A stretch of 64,000 bases of DNA from Oscillospiraceae bacterium (lineage in GTDB: Bacteria > Bacillota > Clostridia > Oscillospirales > Oscillospiraceae): the NCBI GenBank assembly GCA_015068155.1, contig SVLC01000002.1:12653-76652 (forward strand), read 5' to 3'. The position numbers and the translations under genes are program-made. Below the pieces are notes generated by a model, which was given only the letters and a program-made list of their open reading frames with translations, did not search any database and was not told where the DNA came from. Below, piece after piece: positions 1 to 9,552 of the stretch; within the stretch, counting starts at the first letter, position 1; each line of letters opens with the position of its first letter.

Positions 1-484
1 GGCGCTGTATCCACGCCACCAGATCCCGCTGATTTTGTTTGGGAAATTCCACGATCTGCCCCTTGCTGACTGCATCGTACAGCTTTTTCAGCCGCTTATC
101 CGGCTTCCAGGGCGTGGTTTCGTAGGTAAACACCACCGTGCAGTAATCCGGAATATCCGAAAGGATCTCGATCAGTTTACTGCGGCTGTCCTCATTGAGC
201 TTAAACGGATCGATCTCATCCACCTGCACCAATGTACGCTCTGCCATCATAGGCAGATTTTCCACCGCGTCGGCAAAATCCCGCATTTCAAAATTCTCCG
301 GGGTAAAGCGGTGAAAATTGAAAGACTCCGTCAGTTCATCCAGCACCGCATTTTTCAGTTGCTGCAGGTAATGATGCAGCAAAAACAGCTCTTCGCCATG
401 AAAGAAATACAGATTGGCAGGCGTACCTGCCTTAATGTCGGCCTTTAGCAGCTGCAATGCATCGTTATCCGGTTGCTTGGCCAT
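1..484 (-). CDS. holA: DNA polymerase III delta subunit (5' part; runs off the left edge)
   Basis: Not in the ORF track. Manual translation from the ATG at 484 gives MAKQPDNDALQLLKADIKAGTPANLYFFHGEELFLLHHY...AVENLPMMAERTLV, a typical HolA N-terminus. It lies directly after comEC, the conserved comEC-holA order. Confidence 0.88.
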   Translation of the reverse strand, partial: MAKQPDNDALQLLKADIKAGTPANLYFFHGEELFLLHHYLQQLKNAVLDELTESFNFHRFTPENFEMRDFADAVENLPMMAERTLVQVDEIDPFKLNEDSRSKLIEILSDIPDYCTVVFTYETTPWKPDKRLKKLYDAVSKGQIVEFPKQNQRDLVAWIQR

Positions 485-489
485 GATGT

Positions 490-2739
490 TCACCCCCTGA
501 TGATCACGGTGCCGTCCTGATCCGTGCGGTAGATACGGCAGCCGTAGTATGTAAGCCGATCCAGCACTTCCTGGGTCGGATGTCCGTAGGAATTATCCGC
601 GCCCACAGAGATGATGGCAATGTCAGGCGTGGTTTTGATCAGTAATTCCCGGCTTGTGGAGTACTTGGAACCGTGGTGACCCACGATCAGTATTTCCAAA
701 TCCGGCAGCGCGGTATGCTGCAGCAACTCCCGTTCGCCGGAAGCGCTTCTGTCACCGGTAATCAGTATATCACAGTTATCCCTTTGAAACAAGATGCATA
801 AACCGTTTTCATTGTTGGAAAAACCTTTTTCCGAGGGATACAATGTGATGCGTGTTTCACCGAAGGACAAAACGGTATCCTGCTGCACGGTGATCACATC
901 TCCACCGGCATAGTCCAGCAAAACCTGGGCGGTATTATCCTCATCCAGGCAGTTGGGCAAGTACAAGGCATCTGCCCGGACTCTGGTTAAAAGATAAGCT
1001 ACGCCGCCGGCGTGATCCGAATCGAAATGGGTCAATATCACCCCATCCAGCCGGGAGATCCCCTGGCTCAGCAGCACGGAAGCTGCCCGGTCGGCTGCGT
1101 ATGTATCGCTGTAAGAGCCGCAGTCCACCAAATATGTCTTTCTGTCACTCTGCAGCAGAATACACTGTCCCTGTCCTACATCCACCACCGTAATGCGGTA
1201 ATCGTCCAAAAGCGGCTCTGTCCAGGAGGCAGCCAGCGCAACGCACAGACCAACCGCCGCGCAGCAGCCCAGCAGCAGCGGCCGTTTTTTCTTCCACAGG
1301 CAAAACACCAGCAAAAGCCCGTATGCAAATACCAGCCACAGCACAACATAAACACTTTCCGTATACACCGCCGCCAGCGGGAAGCTGGCCACCGCCTTTG
1401 CGATCCACAGCACATAACGAATGAGCCAGGATACCAGCCAGGCTGCGGCGGAAGCCAATCCCGGCGCAAACAGAGAAAGGCCGCAAACCAATACGATACC
1501 ATAGAAAATGAAACTGATGGCCCAAAGGGTCAGCAGGTTGGTCAGCGGGCTGGCAAGGCTGACCATCTCAAAATAATTGGCGCACAGGGGCGCTGTGAAT
1601 ATCACCGCGCCCAAAGACACCGCGACGGATGTAGCAAATCCCGCCGCCAGCTTTTTTCGGATACCCTTTGCCTTTGCAAAGCGCTTTTTATCCGTCCAGT
1701 AATTCTTGATGGGCCCGGAAAGGATAAAGATACCGGCCACACAAAAAACACTCAACTGGAATCCCGCATTGGTTACCACCCAGGGATCTGCCGCCAGCAT
1801 ACATACCACCGCAAATGCCAGTGATGTAGGCGGATCGTATTCTTTGTCCAGCAGCATGGCCATCACCATAAGGCTGTGCATAATGCAGGCCCGGGTGATA
1901 GACGGTGAAAATCCGGCGACGGCGGCAAAGACAAACAAGGCCGGCAATCCCAGCAGCGCGGTGAACCACTTTTTTCCACCGGTCAGGATATGCACAAGGG
2001 AAAACAATACGGATACATGCAGACCGGAAACCGCGATCACATGCCGGATTCCACTGACCTTAAAGGAAGTATCTGTTTGATAATCGATGGCATCGGTATC
2101 GCCCAGCAGCAAGGCCTTGGCAAACCCGGCGGTATCCGCCGGAAAAGCGGACTCTATCTTCTGCTGGATCTGACGGCGCAGCACCGCAGGATAAGCAGAC
2201 AGGGGAATTTTTATGCATTGGCTGACCGACAGCTCTCCTCTGGGTCTGGCCGTAAGAAACACATGGTTGGACCGATAATGCTGGGAGTCCTGGGCGCCGC
2301 CGGGTAAGGTGCTGCGCAGCAAAAACTGTCCGGTCACAGTATCTCCGGGAGATAAGCTGATCTGCCCATCATGGTATATTTGTATACGGTATTGCTTGCC
2401 GTCCAGGGTGATGGTTCCCTGGGTGGCCGCGCCGTAATCCGTTGCGCCGGAATAATCCGTTGCGGTAAGGGTAACGGTTAACACTTTGTCATTATAAGCA
2501 TCCAGCCCGGATAAGTAAATGGCATCAAAGCCTGTCAGCCAAAGAAATCCCACGCAAGCCGCAAAGCAAACCATGGCCGCCTGCCGGGCAAACCGGAAGC
2601 GCAGCATACAAAGCAGACTGATCGCCAGCATAACCGCCGAAACACCCGATAAAAGCAGATAGGATTCTGCGCCGGTCCCATACACGCCTATGGCGATGGC
2701 CGCCGCAAATCCTATGCCGAACCACATCATTTTTCGCAT
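490..2739 (-). CDS. comEC: ComEC/Rec2 DNA internalization competence protein
   Basis: HVIAVSGLHV competence-domain motif, many TM helices, and a C-terminal metallo-beta-lactamase domain (DVGQG, THFDSDH, GHHGS, YGHP). Start moved to MRKMMW, which has an AGGAGGTG RBS. Confidence 0.95.
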   Translation of the reverse strand: MRKMMWFGIGFAAAIAIGVYGTGAESYLLLSGVSAVMLAISLLCMLRFRFARQAAMVCFAACVGFLWLTGFDAIYLSGLDAYNDKVLTVTLTATDYSGATDYGAATQGTITLDGKQYRIQIYHDGQISLSPGDTVTGQFLLRSTLPGGAQDSQHYRSNHVFLTARPRGELSVSQCIKIPLSAYPAVLRRQIQQKIESAFPADTAGFAKALLLGDTDAIDYQTDTSFKVSGIRHVIAVSGLHVSVLFSLVHILTGGKKWFTALLGLPALFVFAAVAGFSPSITRACIMHSLMVMAMLLDKEYDPPTSLAFAVVCMLAADPWVVTNAGFQLSVFCVAGIFILSGPIKNYWTDKKRFAKAKGIRKKLAAGFATSVAVSLGAVIFTAPLCANYFEMVSLASPLTNLLTLWAISFIFYGIVLVCGLSLFAPGLASAAAWLVSWLIRYVLWIAKAVASFPLAAVYTESVYVVLWLVFAYGLLLVFCLWKKKRPLLLGCCAAVGLCVALAASWTEPLLDDYRITVVDVGQGQCILLQSDRKTYLVDCGSYSDTYAADRAASVLLSQGISRLDGVILTHFDSDHAGGVAYLLTRVRADALYLPNCLDEDNTAQVLLDYAGGDVITVQQDTVLSFGETRITLYPSEKGFSNNENGLCILFQRDNCDILITGDRSASGERELLQHTALPDLEILIVGHHGSKYSTSRELLIKTTPDIAIISVGADNSYGHPTQEVLDRLTYYGCRIYRTDQDGTVIIRG

Positions 2740-2790
2740 ACCGCACCTCCTTTGGGCAAAAAGGCGCCGCAAACGCGACGCCCTTTGCAA

Positions 2791-5436
2791 TTAGTTCAGT
2801 TTAGAGGCCACAAAGCCGTCCACCTGGGCCAAAGCGTCATCCAGCTTCAGCACATCCTTACCGCCGCCCATGGCAGAATCGGGCTTACCGCCGCCGGAGC
2901 CGCCGCAGGTGATGCAAACCAGCTTCACCAGATCGCCGGCCTTAATTCCCTTTGCGATGGCGTCCTTGCCGCAGACAGCCAGGAAGGTGATCTTGTCTTC
3001 GTTGACCGTGGACAAAACAGCCACCACATCGGAAGCCTTGTCCCGCAGGGAGTCACCCATTTGCCGCAGCTTGCCGGCATCGGCGCCGGGAATGGTGGCA
3101 GTGAGTACCTTCAATCCGCCCACATTATGGGCGCCAAAGAACACACGGTCCACTTCGCCGGCGGTTTCCTTGGCCTTATAGGACTCAATGGCGCGCTTCA
3201 GGCTCTTGATCTCATCCACCTGGCTTTCCAGCTTCTGGGCCAGCTCAGCAGGCTTGGTCTTCAGAATGGCGCAGGCCTGGTACACTCTCTGGCGGGCCTT
3301 TTCCATTTCTTCCAGGCAGGCCTTGCCGGTAATCGCCTCGATACGGCGCACGCCGGAAGCCACGGAGGACTCGCTTTCAATACGGAAAGGACCAACCTTC
3401 GCCGTATTATCCAGGTGGGTACCGCCGCAAAGCTCGATGCTCCAGCCGCCCATGTTGACAACACGCACCGTATCGCCGTACTTTTCGGAGAACAGGGCGG
3501 TGGCGCCCATTTCCTTGGCCTGGTCAATGCCCATTTCGCGGGTGTCAATGGGATAGCCCTCCAGCACCGCGTTCTGCACGATGGCATCCACCTTGGCCAT
3601 TTCCTCAGCGGTCATCGCGGAGAAATGGGTAAAGTCAAAGCGCAGCCGGTCCGGCTCCACCAAAGAACCGGCCTGGTGTACATGCTCGCCCAGCACACTG
3701 GTCAGCGCCTTCTGCAGCAGATGCGTCGCGGAGTGGGCGCGCATAATGGCCTTACGGCGCTCCACATCGATGGAGGCCAGCACCACATCATCCACCTTCA
3801 CAGAGCCGTTGGTCATGGTGCCATGGTGCAGATACTTGCCGCCCTTATCCTTCAGCACATTGTTGACCACAAAACGGCTGTCGCCCATCAGGATCACGCC
3901 ATGGTCAGCCACCTGGCCGCCCATTTCGGCGTAGAACGGGGTCTTATCCAGCACGATGATGCCGCTTTCGCCGCCGGCGATGGTGCCGGTGACTTCTTCG
4001 CCTACGCAAACCGCCAGCACCCTGGCGTTGCAATTGAATTCGGAATAACCGACGAACTCCGTGGGGGTGTTATCCAGGCCCAGGTCGATGCCGGCCCAAG
4101 CCAGGTCACCCAGGGCCTTACGGGCTTCACGGGCCCGGACGCGCTGCTCTTCCCGGCAGGCGTTGAAACGGTCCATATCAATGGTCATGCCCTCGTCTTC
4201 CACCATTTCCTCCGTCAGGTCGATGGGGAAACCGTAGGTATCCGCCAGCAGGAACGCATCTTCGCCGGAGAAGACGGTCTTACCCTCCGCCTTGTGCTCC
4301 GCCATCTTGGTATTGAAAATGGCCATACCGGTATCGATGGTCTTGGCAAAATTCTCTTCCTCGATCTTTACGATACGGGTGATATAATCCGCCCGTTCCC
4401 GCAGATAGGTATAGTGGCTTTCGTTCTCCTGCACCACCGTGGCGACCACCTCATACAAAAAGGGGTTGTTGACGCCCAGCAGCTTGCCGTGACGGGCAGC
4501 CCGGCGCAGCAGCCGGCGCAGCACATAGCCGCGGCCCTCGTTGGACGGCAGCACGCCGTCGGCGATCATAAAGGTGGAAGCGCGGATATGGTCGGTGATC
4601 ACACGCAGGCTTACATCGGTCTTGTAGCTCTGACCGTAAGCCGCGCCGGTGATATTGGTCACATGGTTGGTGATGTTCATGACCGTATCCACATCGAACA
4701 GAGAATTTACATTCTGACAAACACAGGCCAGGCGCTCCAGACCCATGCCAGTGTCGATGTTCTTCTGGGCCAGGTCGGAATAGTTGCCCTGACCGTCGTT
4801 ATCAAACTGGGAGAACACATTGTTCCAAACTTCCATGAACCGGTCGCAATCGCAGCCGGGACGGCAATCGGGCTTGCCGCAGCCGAATTCCTCGCCGCGG
4901 TCATAATGGATCTCGGAGCAGGGGCCGCAGGGACCGGAGCCATGCTCCCAGAAATTATCCTTCTTACCCAGCCGGGTCATGTGGTCTTCGGGAACACCGA
5001 TGATCTTGGTCCAGATCTGCCAGGCTTCATCGTCATGCTCATAGACCGTGGGATACATTCTCTCGGGCTCCAGGCCTACCCATTCGGGGGAAGTCAAAAA
5101 CTCCCAGCTCCACTGCAGGGATTCGGTCTTGAAATAGTCGCCGAAGGAGAAGTTGCCCAGCATCTCAAAATAGGTGCCGTGACGGGCGGTTTTGCCGATG
5201 TTTTCGATGTCGCCGGTACGGATACACTTCTGGCAGGTGCAGACCCGGTTACGGGGCGGCTGTACCTCGCCGGTGAAGTAAGGCTTCATGGGGGCCATGC
5301 CGGAGTTGATCAGCAGCAGGGACTTGTCGTTCTGGGGGATCAGAGAAAAGCTGGGCAGGCGCAGATGATTCTTGGATTCAAAGAATTTTAAGAACATCTC
5401 GCGCAGTTCGTTTACGCCATAAGGTTTATGGGCCAT
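2791..5436 (-). CDS. alaS: Alanine--tRNA ligase
   Basis: CQKCIRTGD, TYFEMLGNFSFGDYFK, HSATHLL and ELCGGTH editing motifs, C-terminal GGGK. Confidence 0.99.
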   Translation of the reverse strand: MAHKPYGVNELREMFLKFFESKNHLRLPSFSLIPQNDKSLLLINSGMAPMKPYFTGEVQPPRNRVCTCQKCIRTGDIENIGKTARHGTYFEMLGNFSFGDYFKTESLQWSWEFLTSPEWVGLEPERMYPTVYEHDDEAWQIWTKIIGVPEDHMTRLGKKDNFWEHGSGPCGPCSEIHYDRGEEFGCGKPDCRPGCDCDRFMEVWNNVFSQFDNDGQGNYSDLAQKNIDTGMGLERLACVCQNVNSLFDVDTVMNITNHVTNITGAAYGQSYKTDVSLRVITDHIRASTFMIADGVLPSNEGRGYVLRRLLRRAARHGKLLGVNNPFLYEVVATVVQENESHYTYLRERADYITRIVKIEEENFAKTIDTGMAIFNTKMAEHKAEGKTVFSGEDAFLLADTYGFPIDLTEEMVEDEGMTIDMDRFNACREEQRVRAREARKALGDLAWAGIDLGLDNTPTEFVGYSEFNCNARVLAVCVGEEVTGTIAGGESGIIVLDKTPFYAEMGGQVADHGVILMGDSRFVVNNVLKDKGGKYLHHGTMTNGSVKVDDVVLASIDVERRKAIMRAHSATHLLQKALTSVLGEHVHQAGSLVEPDRLRFDFTHFSAMTAEEMAKVDAIVQNAVLEGYPIDTREMGIDQAKEMGATALFSEKYGDTVRVVNMGGWSIELCGGTHLDNTAKVGPFRIESESSVASGVRRIEAITGKACLEEMEKARQRVYQACAILKTKPAELAQKLESQVDEIKSLKRAIESYKAKETAGEVDRVFFGAHNVGGLKVLTATIPGADAGKLRQMGDSLRDKASDVVAVLSTVNEDKITFLAVCGKDAIAKGIKAGDLVKLVCITCGGSGGGKPDSAMGGGKDVLKLDDALAQVDGFVASKLN

Positions 5437-5499
5437 TGGAAATTACCTCCATAAAATAATTACAATTTCGTTTCGCGCTATAAGTTGTCGCGGACTGCG

Positions 5500-5725
5500 G
5501 GAAATAAAAACACCCCGCCCCTACAAAACATAGGGGCGAGGTCAATCGCGGTACCACCCTAATTCGCCGGCAAAAACTGCAGGCATCTTAGTTGCTCTGT
5601 AACGGGAGCGCCCGTCCCGGTCCTCCCGGGCGACGCGCCAAGTGGCTGGCAAAGTTCTGTCCGCAAGGGGCTTTCACCGCTCCCCTCTCGCTTTGGCGTT
5701 TTCCTTTGCTTGGCTTGGGCATAGT
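5500..5725 (-). promoter_or_regulatory. T-box riboswitch (Ala) in the alaS leader
   Basis: The minus strand reads AATTAGGGTGGTACCGCG (T-box) followed by a GC hairpin and T-run. Stem I has AGCGA...GGTGAAAG and a probable GCC (Ala) specifier in GCCAGCCAC. Confidence 0.92.
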
Positions 5726-5745
5726 CTTTGGCAATATTCTTCTGT

Positions 5746-5773
5746 ATTTTAGCACATTTCGGTGAAATGTCAA
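5746..5773 (-). promoter_or_regulatory. SigA-type promoter for the alaS leader
   Basis: TTGACA-N16-TAAAAT with a TG extension on the minus strand. Confidence 0.7.
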
Positions 5774-5811
5774 CAGGTCTGCATAAAAACGGTTACAAAA
5801 TTTCCAACACC

Positions 5812-5908
5812 GTCATCCTGCGCGCAGGGCAAATGCCGGGAGTCGAAGGATCCGTAACTGTATGGGTCATTAACGGAGAACGGATCCCCCGGCTACGCTC
5901 GGGTTGAC
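5812..5908. repeat. REP-like palindromic element (GTCATCCTG...GAAGGATCC...GGATCC...CGCTCGGGTTGAC)
   Basis: Imperfect terminal inverted repeat GTCATCCTG/CGGGTTGAC with internal GGATCCG/CGGATCC arms. It resembles the widespread GTCATCCTGAGCG-type intergenic repeats (from recall). Confidence 0.65.
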
Positions 5909-5915
5909 ATAAATT

Positions 5916-6185
5916 TTAGATGTGCTCCTCCAGCCAGGCTTTCAATGCCAGTCTTCCCTCTTCGCTCATGGGAAAATCCGCCGCGCCTTCCATTTCGCTC
6001 TTTTCGTAGCAGTAAGGGCCGTGCCAGAATTCGGCATGGATGGAGCTGGCCGCAAAGTCCACTTCCTTGGGGGTGGCCATCACCACATTGGGCTTGACGA
6101 TGTATCGGAAATTTCCCCAGGAACCGGTAAAACCGTTCTTGGCATCGAACCAATGCAGCACCGGCAGATAAATCTCTTTTTCCAT
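5916..6185 (-). CDS. Conserved hypothetical protein (89 aa)
   Basis: Its start overlaps the pepF stop. Motifs FTGS..NFRY, HGPYCYEKS and FPMSEEG resemble a small clostridial family. Confidence 0.75.
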   Translation of the reverse strand: MEKEIYLPVLHWFDAKNGFTGSWGNFRYIVKPNVVMATPKEVDFAASSIHAEFWHGPYCYEKSEMEGAADFPMSEEGRLALKAWLEEHI

Positions 6186-7987
6186 TATGCTTCCATCAGC
6201 TTTTCCATCTCATCCAGCAGCTCGCCGAAGAGGGCCAAAGCCTGGTTCACCGGCTCGGGGCTTTCCATATCCACACCGGCGCCGCGGAGCAGGTCGATGG
6301 GGCTCTTGGAGCAGCCGCCGGACAGGAATCCGATGTAATCCCGCACAGCCTGCTCGCCCTCGTTGAGGATGCGGCGGGACAGCGCGATGGCAGCGGAATA
6401 GCCGGTGGCGTACTGGAAGACATAGTAGTTGTAGTAGAAATGGGGAATTCTCGCCCACTCCAAAGCGATCTGATCGTCCACCACCATATCCGGGCCGTAG
6501 TACAGCTCATTGAGCCGCTTATACTCGGCGCAGAGCATCTCCGCAGTCAGGGTCTTGCCCTCGGCCACCTGGCGGCCCATGAACAGCTCAAACTCGGCGA
6601 ACATGGTCTGCCGGTAGATGGTGCCCTTGAACTGATCCAGGAAGTGGTTAATGAGGTAAATGCGCTCCTTCTTGTCGGTGGTCTTATTCAGAAGGTATTC
6701 CATCAGCAGCGCTTCGTTGCAGGTGGAGGCCACCTCGGCCACAAAGATCACATAGCTGGCATCGATGGGGTTCTGGGTCTTGTTGGACAGGTAGGAGTGC
6801 ATGGCGTGACCCATTTCGTGGGCCAGGGTGAACTCGCTGTTGAGGGTGCCGTTGTAGTTCATCAGCACAAAGGGATGGACCTTCACACCGGAAGAATAGG
6901 CGCCGGAACGCTTGCCTTCGTTCTGATACTTGTCGATCCAGCGGTTTTCAAAGCCGGACTTCATCACATCGCAGTAATCCTTGCCCATGGGCTTGATGGA
7001 CTCCAGGATATTCTCCCGGGCCACATTGAAGGGGATCTTCTGCTCATCGGCAGGCAGCAGGGGCGTATAGACATCGTAAAAATGCAGCGCATCCAGGCCC
7101 AGCACCTTCTTACGCAGGCGGACATAACGGTGCATTTTGTCCATATTCTGATGGACCGCCTCGATCAGGTTCAAATACACGGAGGTGGGCACATTGGTGC
7201 GGTCCAACGCGGCTTCGAAGGCATTGGGATACTTCCGGGCCTCCGCAAAGAACTTCAGCTGCTTGTTCTGGGCGTTCAGCAGACCGGCAGCGGTGTTCTT
7301 AAAGTTGCCAAAGCCGTTATACAGGTTCTCATAGGCGCTCTTGCGCAGCACCCGGTCGCTGCCGGATTCCAGCGCCACGAAGGTGCCCTGGCTCAGGGGG
7401 TGGGACTTGCCCTGGGCGTCCACGGCGTCTTCAAACTTCATATCCGCGTCGGCAAACATGCCGTAGATGTTATCGGGGGCCTGGGCCATCTCACCGGCGG
7501 CGGCCAGCAGCCGTTCTTCCTGGGCGGACAGAGAATGGGCCTTCATCCGGCGCAGATTGGTCAGATACCGGCGGTAGCGCTCCAGCTCCGGCTTTTCGGC
7601 GTAGAACCGATCCAAGGTCTCATCGGGGATCGCCATGATCTCGGGGTTCTCAAAGCTGGTGGCGGCGCCCAGGGCAACGGCCATGCCCATTAGCTTGCCC
7701 ACCATGGCTTGGTAAGCAGCCACACGGGTATCCTCGTCGGCCCGGCGCATACTGTAACCGGCCAGCTTGCTCACCACCTGGTCCACCCGTTCCATATTGG
7801 TCAGATATTCATACAGCTTATCAGCGCTGTCTGCCAGGTGACCGGCAAAGCTCATCAGAAACTGCTTTTCCTGCTCGATGGTGGCAGCTTCCGCTTCCCA
7901 GGCTTCATCGCTGGGATAAATGTCTTCTACTGCCCACTTGTCCTCTTCGGGAATCTCACAACGCTGACGGATCTTGTTTTCTTCCAT
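6185..7987 (-). CDS. pepF: Oligoendopeptidase F (M3B)
   Basis: TLAHEMGHAMH zinc motif, FVAEVAST, GKRSGAY, WARIPHFY. Confidence 0.97.
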   Translation of the reverse strand: MEENKIRQRCEIPEEDKWAVEDIYPSDEAWEAEAATIEQEKQFLMSFAGHLADSADKLYEYLTNMERVDQVVSKLAGYSMRRADEDTRVAAYQAMVGKLMGMAVALGAATSFENPEIMAIPDETLDRFYAEKPELERYRRYLTNLRRMKAHSLSAQEERLLAAAGEMAQAPDNIYGMFADADMKFEDAVDAQGKSHPLSQGTFVALESGSDRVLRKSAYENLYNGFGNFKNTAAGLLNAQNKQLKFFAEARKYPNAFEAALDRTNVPTSVYLNLIEAVHQNMDKMHRYVRLRKKVLGLDALHFYDVYTPLLPADEQKIPFNVARENILESIKPMGKDYCDVMKSGFENRWIDKYQNEGKRSGAYSSGVKVHPFVLMNYNGTLNSEFTLAHEMGHAMHSYLSNKTQNPIDASYVIFVAEVASTCNEALLMEYLLNKTTDKKERIYLINHFLDQFKGTIYRQTMFAEFELFMGRQVAEGKTLTAEMLCAEYKRLNELYYGPDMVVDDQIALEWARIPHFYYNYYVFQYATGYSAAIALSRRILNEGEQAVRDYIGFLSGGCSKSPIDLLRGAGVDMESPEPVNQALALFGELLDEMEKLMEA

Positions 7988-8007
7988 GATTGACCTCCAA
8001 ATATAAA

Positions 8008-8775
8008 TTATTTCATTTTATCAGCAGCGATGATCCGCTTCATCGCTTCAATGCCAACTTTGATGGCGCCGGAGGTATCCTCCGTCATTTCCATAAAGAG
8101 TCCGGCCTTTTCCCTCTCCTGGTTCCATACGGTGTGGAAGCAGCTTCCGCAGCGCACACCCAGGGCGGACGCCACCACAAACAGCGCCGCCGACTCCATT
8201 TCGCTGGCCTTTACGCCCAGGCGTTTCCAGCTTTCCCACTTCTGCAGCAGGTCATAATACACCGGGCTTTTCTCGGGGCTGTGCTGGCCGTAGAAGGCAT
8301 CTTTACACTGCACCACGCCGGTATGTGCCCGGTAACCCAAGTCCTCACCCGCCGCCTTCAGCGCCGCCGTAACAGCAAAATCCGGCACAGCCGGGAACTC
8401 TATAGGGGCATACTCCAGGGAGGTATGCTCATAGCGGATGGCGCCGGTGGCGACCACCACATCGCCGGGGCAGACATCCATGGCGATGCCGCCGCAGGTG
8501 CCCACCCGGATAAAGGTATCCGCGCCGATATTGTACAGCTCTTCCATGGCGATGGACGCAGAAGGGCCGCCGATACCGGTGGAGCAAACCGTTACCTTTT
8601 CTCCCAGCAAATAGCCGTTCCAAATGTTATACTCCCGGTTCATGCCCACATGGTATGGCTCATCAAAATACCGGGCGATGGCTTCGCAGCGGCCGGGGTC
8701 ACCGGGCAGAAATACATATCGGCCCACATCCCCCTCTTTACAGCGAATATGAAATTGCAGATCCATTTCCTGCAT
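8008..8775 (-). CDS. udp: Uridine phosphorylase
   Basis: [34 protein letters not shown]. Start moved to [10 protein letters not shown]. Confidence 0.93.
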   Translation of the reverse strand: MQEMDLQFHIRCKEGDVGRYVFLPGDPGRCEAIARYFDEPYHVGMNREYNIWNGYLLGEKVTVCSTGIGGPSASIAMEELYNIGADTFIRVGTCGGIAMDVCPGDVVVATGAIRYEHTSLEYAPIEFPAVPDFAVTAALKAAGEDLGYRAHTGVVQCKDAFYGQHSPEKSPVYYDLLQKWESWKRLGVKASEMESAALFVVASALGVRCGSCFHTVWNQEREKAGLFMEMTEDTSGAIKVGIEAMKRIIAADKMK

Positions 8776-8885
8776 AGCTTCACCTGCTTTCCTGATTTTC
8801 CTTCTATATGCTAGCACATAACCCGGAAAATTGCAACAAAAAGCTTTCGAAGCCCGGCTTGACCCAACAACATCCTCCGGCGCTT

Positions 8886-8966
8886 CGGAAAATTCTTGAC
8901 ATCTATACATACTTGACACCACTTTTCCGGTTCTATAACATTTTTTATTGCTTACAGAAAACCGCC
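8886..8966 (+). repeat. Repeat copy A (CGGAAAATTCTTGACATCTATACATACTTGACACCACTTTT...AAAACCGCC)
   Basis: Near-identical to 8982-9058 in direct orientation and to 9436-9497 in inverted orientation. Confidence 0.95.
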
Positions 8967-8981
8967 GGCGCGGCTTTCGCT

Positions 8982-9058
8982 AAAATCTCGACATCTATAC
9001 ATACTTGACACCACTTTCCGGGTTCTATAACATTTTTTATTGCTTACAGAAAACCGCC
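8982..9058 (+). repeat. Repeat copy B (tandem direct copy of A)
   Basis: GACATCTATACATACTTGACACCACTTTCCGGGTTCTATAACATTTTTTATTGCTTACAGAAAACCGCC recurs at a 92 bp offset from copy A. Confidence 0.95.
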
Positions 9059-9075
9059 CGACTATGGATGCACCC

Positions 9076-9231
9076 AAGGCTCCCTTGTGCAACGGCCCAG
9101 GCCGGCTTCTCTTGGCCTACGGCCAATTCACCTCCAGGGAGCTGTCAGCCGAACAGGCTGACTGAGGGATTGACAACCCCTCCGGGCAAAATCAAAGATT
9201 TTGCCCACCTCCCCTTACACAGGTGAGGCTT
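9076..9231. repeat. Composite REP-like multi-hairpin element with a nested 43 bp insert
   Basis: The GCTCCCT...AGGGAGC stem is split by 9093-9135. It is followed by GTCAGCC/GGCTGAC, GAGGG/CCCTC, GGGCAAAATC/GATTTTGCCC and CCTCCCCT/AGGTGAGG hairpins. Confidence 0.75.
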
Positions 9232-9435
9232 TCCGCTGCGGCGGGACTGGGCGTAGCGGAAAGCTTTTGGAATACAACAGTGGGTCGCATTTGCGGCGGT
9301 AGGACAGAACACGCAAGCAAAAGAAAACTCCTGCGAAACACCCTTTTAAGATCCCAAAACAAAAAAGATATTCCAACAGAATATCATAGTCCTTGGGCAG
9401 TGGCCCGGCGGGGCGGTCTGCCATTTTTCCTTTAG

Positions 9436-9497
9436 AAAAAAATGTTATAGAACCCGGAAAGTGGTGTCAAGTATGTATAGATGTCAAGATTTTTCCG
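9436..9497 (-). repeat. Repeat copy C (inverted copy of A/B)
   Basis: The reverse complement is CGGAAAAATCTTGACATCTATACATACTTGACACCACTTTCCGGGTTCTATAACATTTTTTT. Confidence 0.95.
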
Positions 9498-9516
9498 TTA
9501 TCCCTCCGGAATGGCG

Positions 9517-9547
9517 AAAAAAACTGCCCGCTTTCGCAGGCAGTTTT
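9517..9547 (-). terminator. Intrinsic terminator after polC
   Basis: AAAACTGCC/GGCAGTTTT stem with an A-run on the + strand. Confidence 0.7.
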
Positions 9548-9552
9548 ATGGC

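Noticed and set aside
2752-5391. 879-aa + strand ORF opposite alaS (likewise 9481-11898, 12274-13968, 22457-24133, 45770-47041, 47338-48771 and 61997-63904)
   Set aside because: These are antisense shadows of codon-biased real genes, with no motifs, RBS or protein-like composition.
8776-8922. N-terminal extension MVSSMYRCQ on udp, and the similar ORF start at 9461
   Set aside because: Both come from a GTG inside the non-coding repeat copies. The real udp start is at 8775.
8886-9058. Possible CRISPR array
   Set aside because: There are only two direct copies, the unit is far too long (about 77 bp) with a ~15 bp gap, the third copy is inverted, and no cas genes are present.
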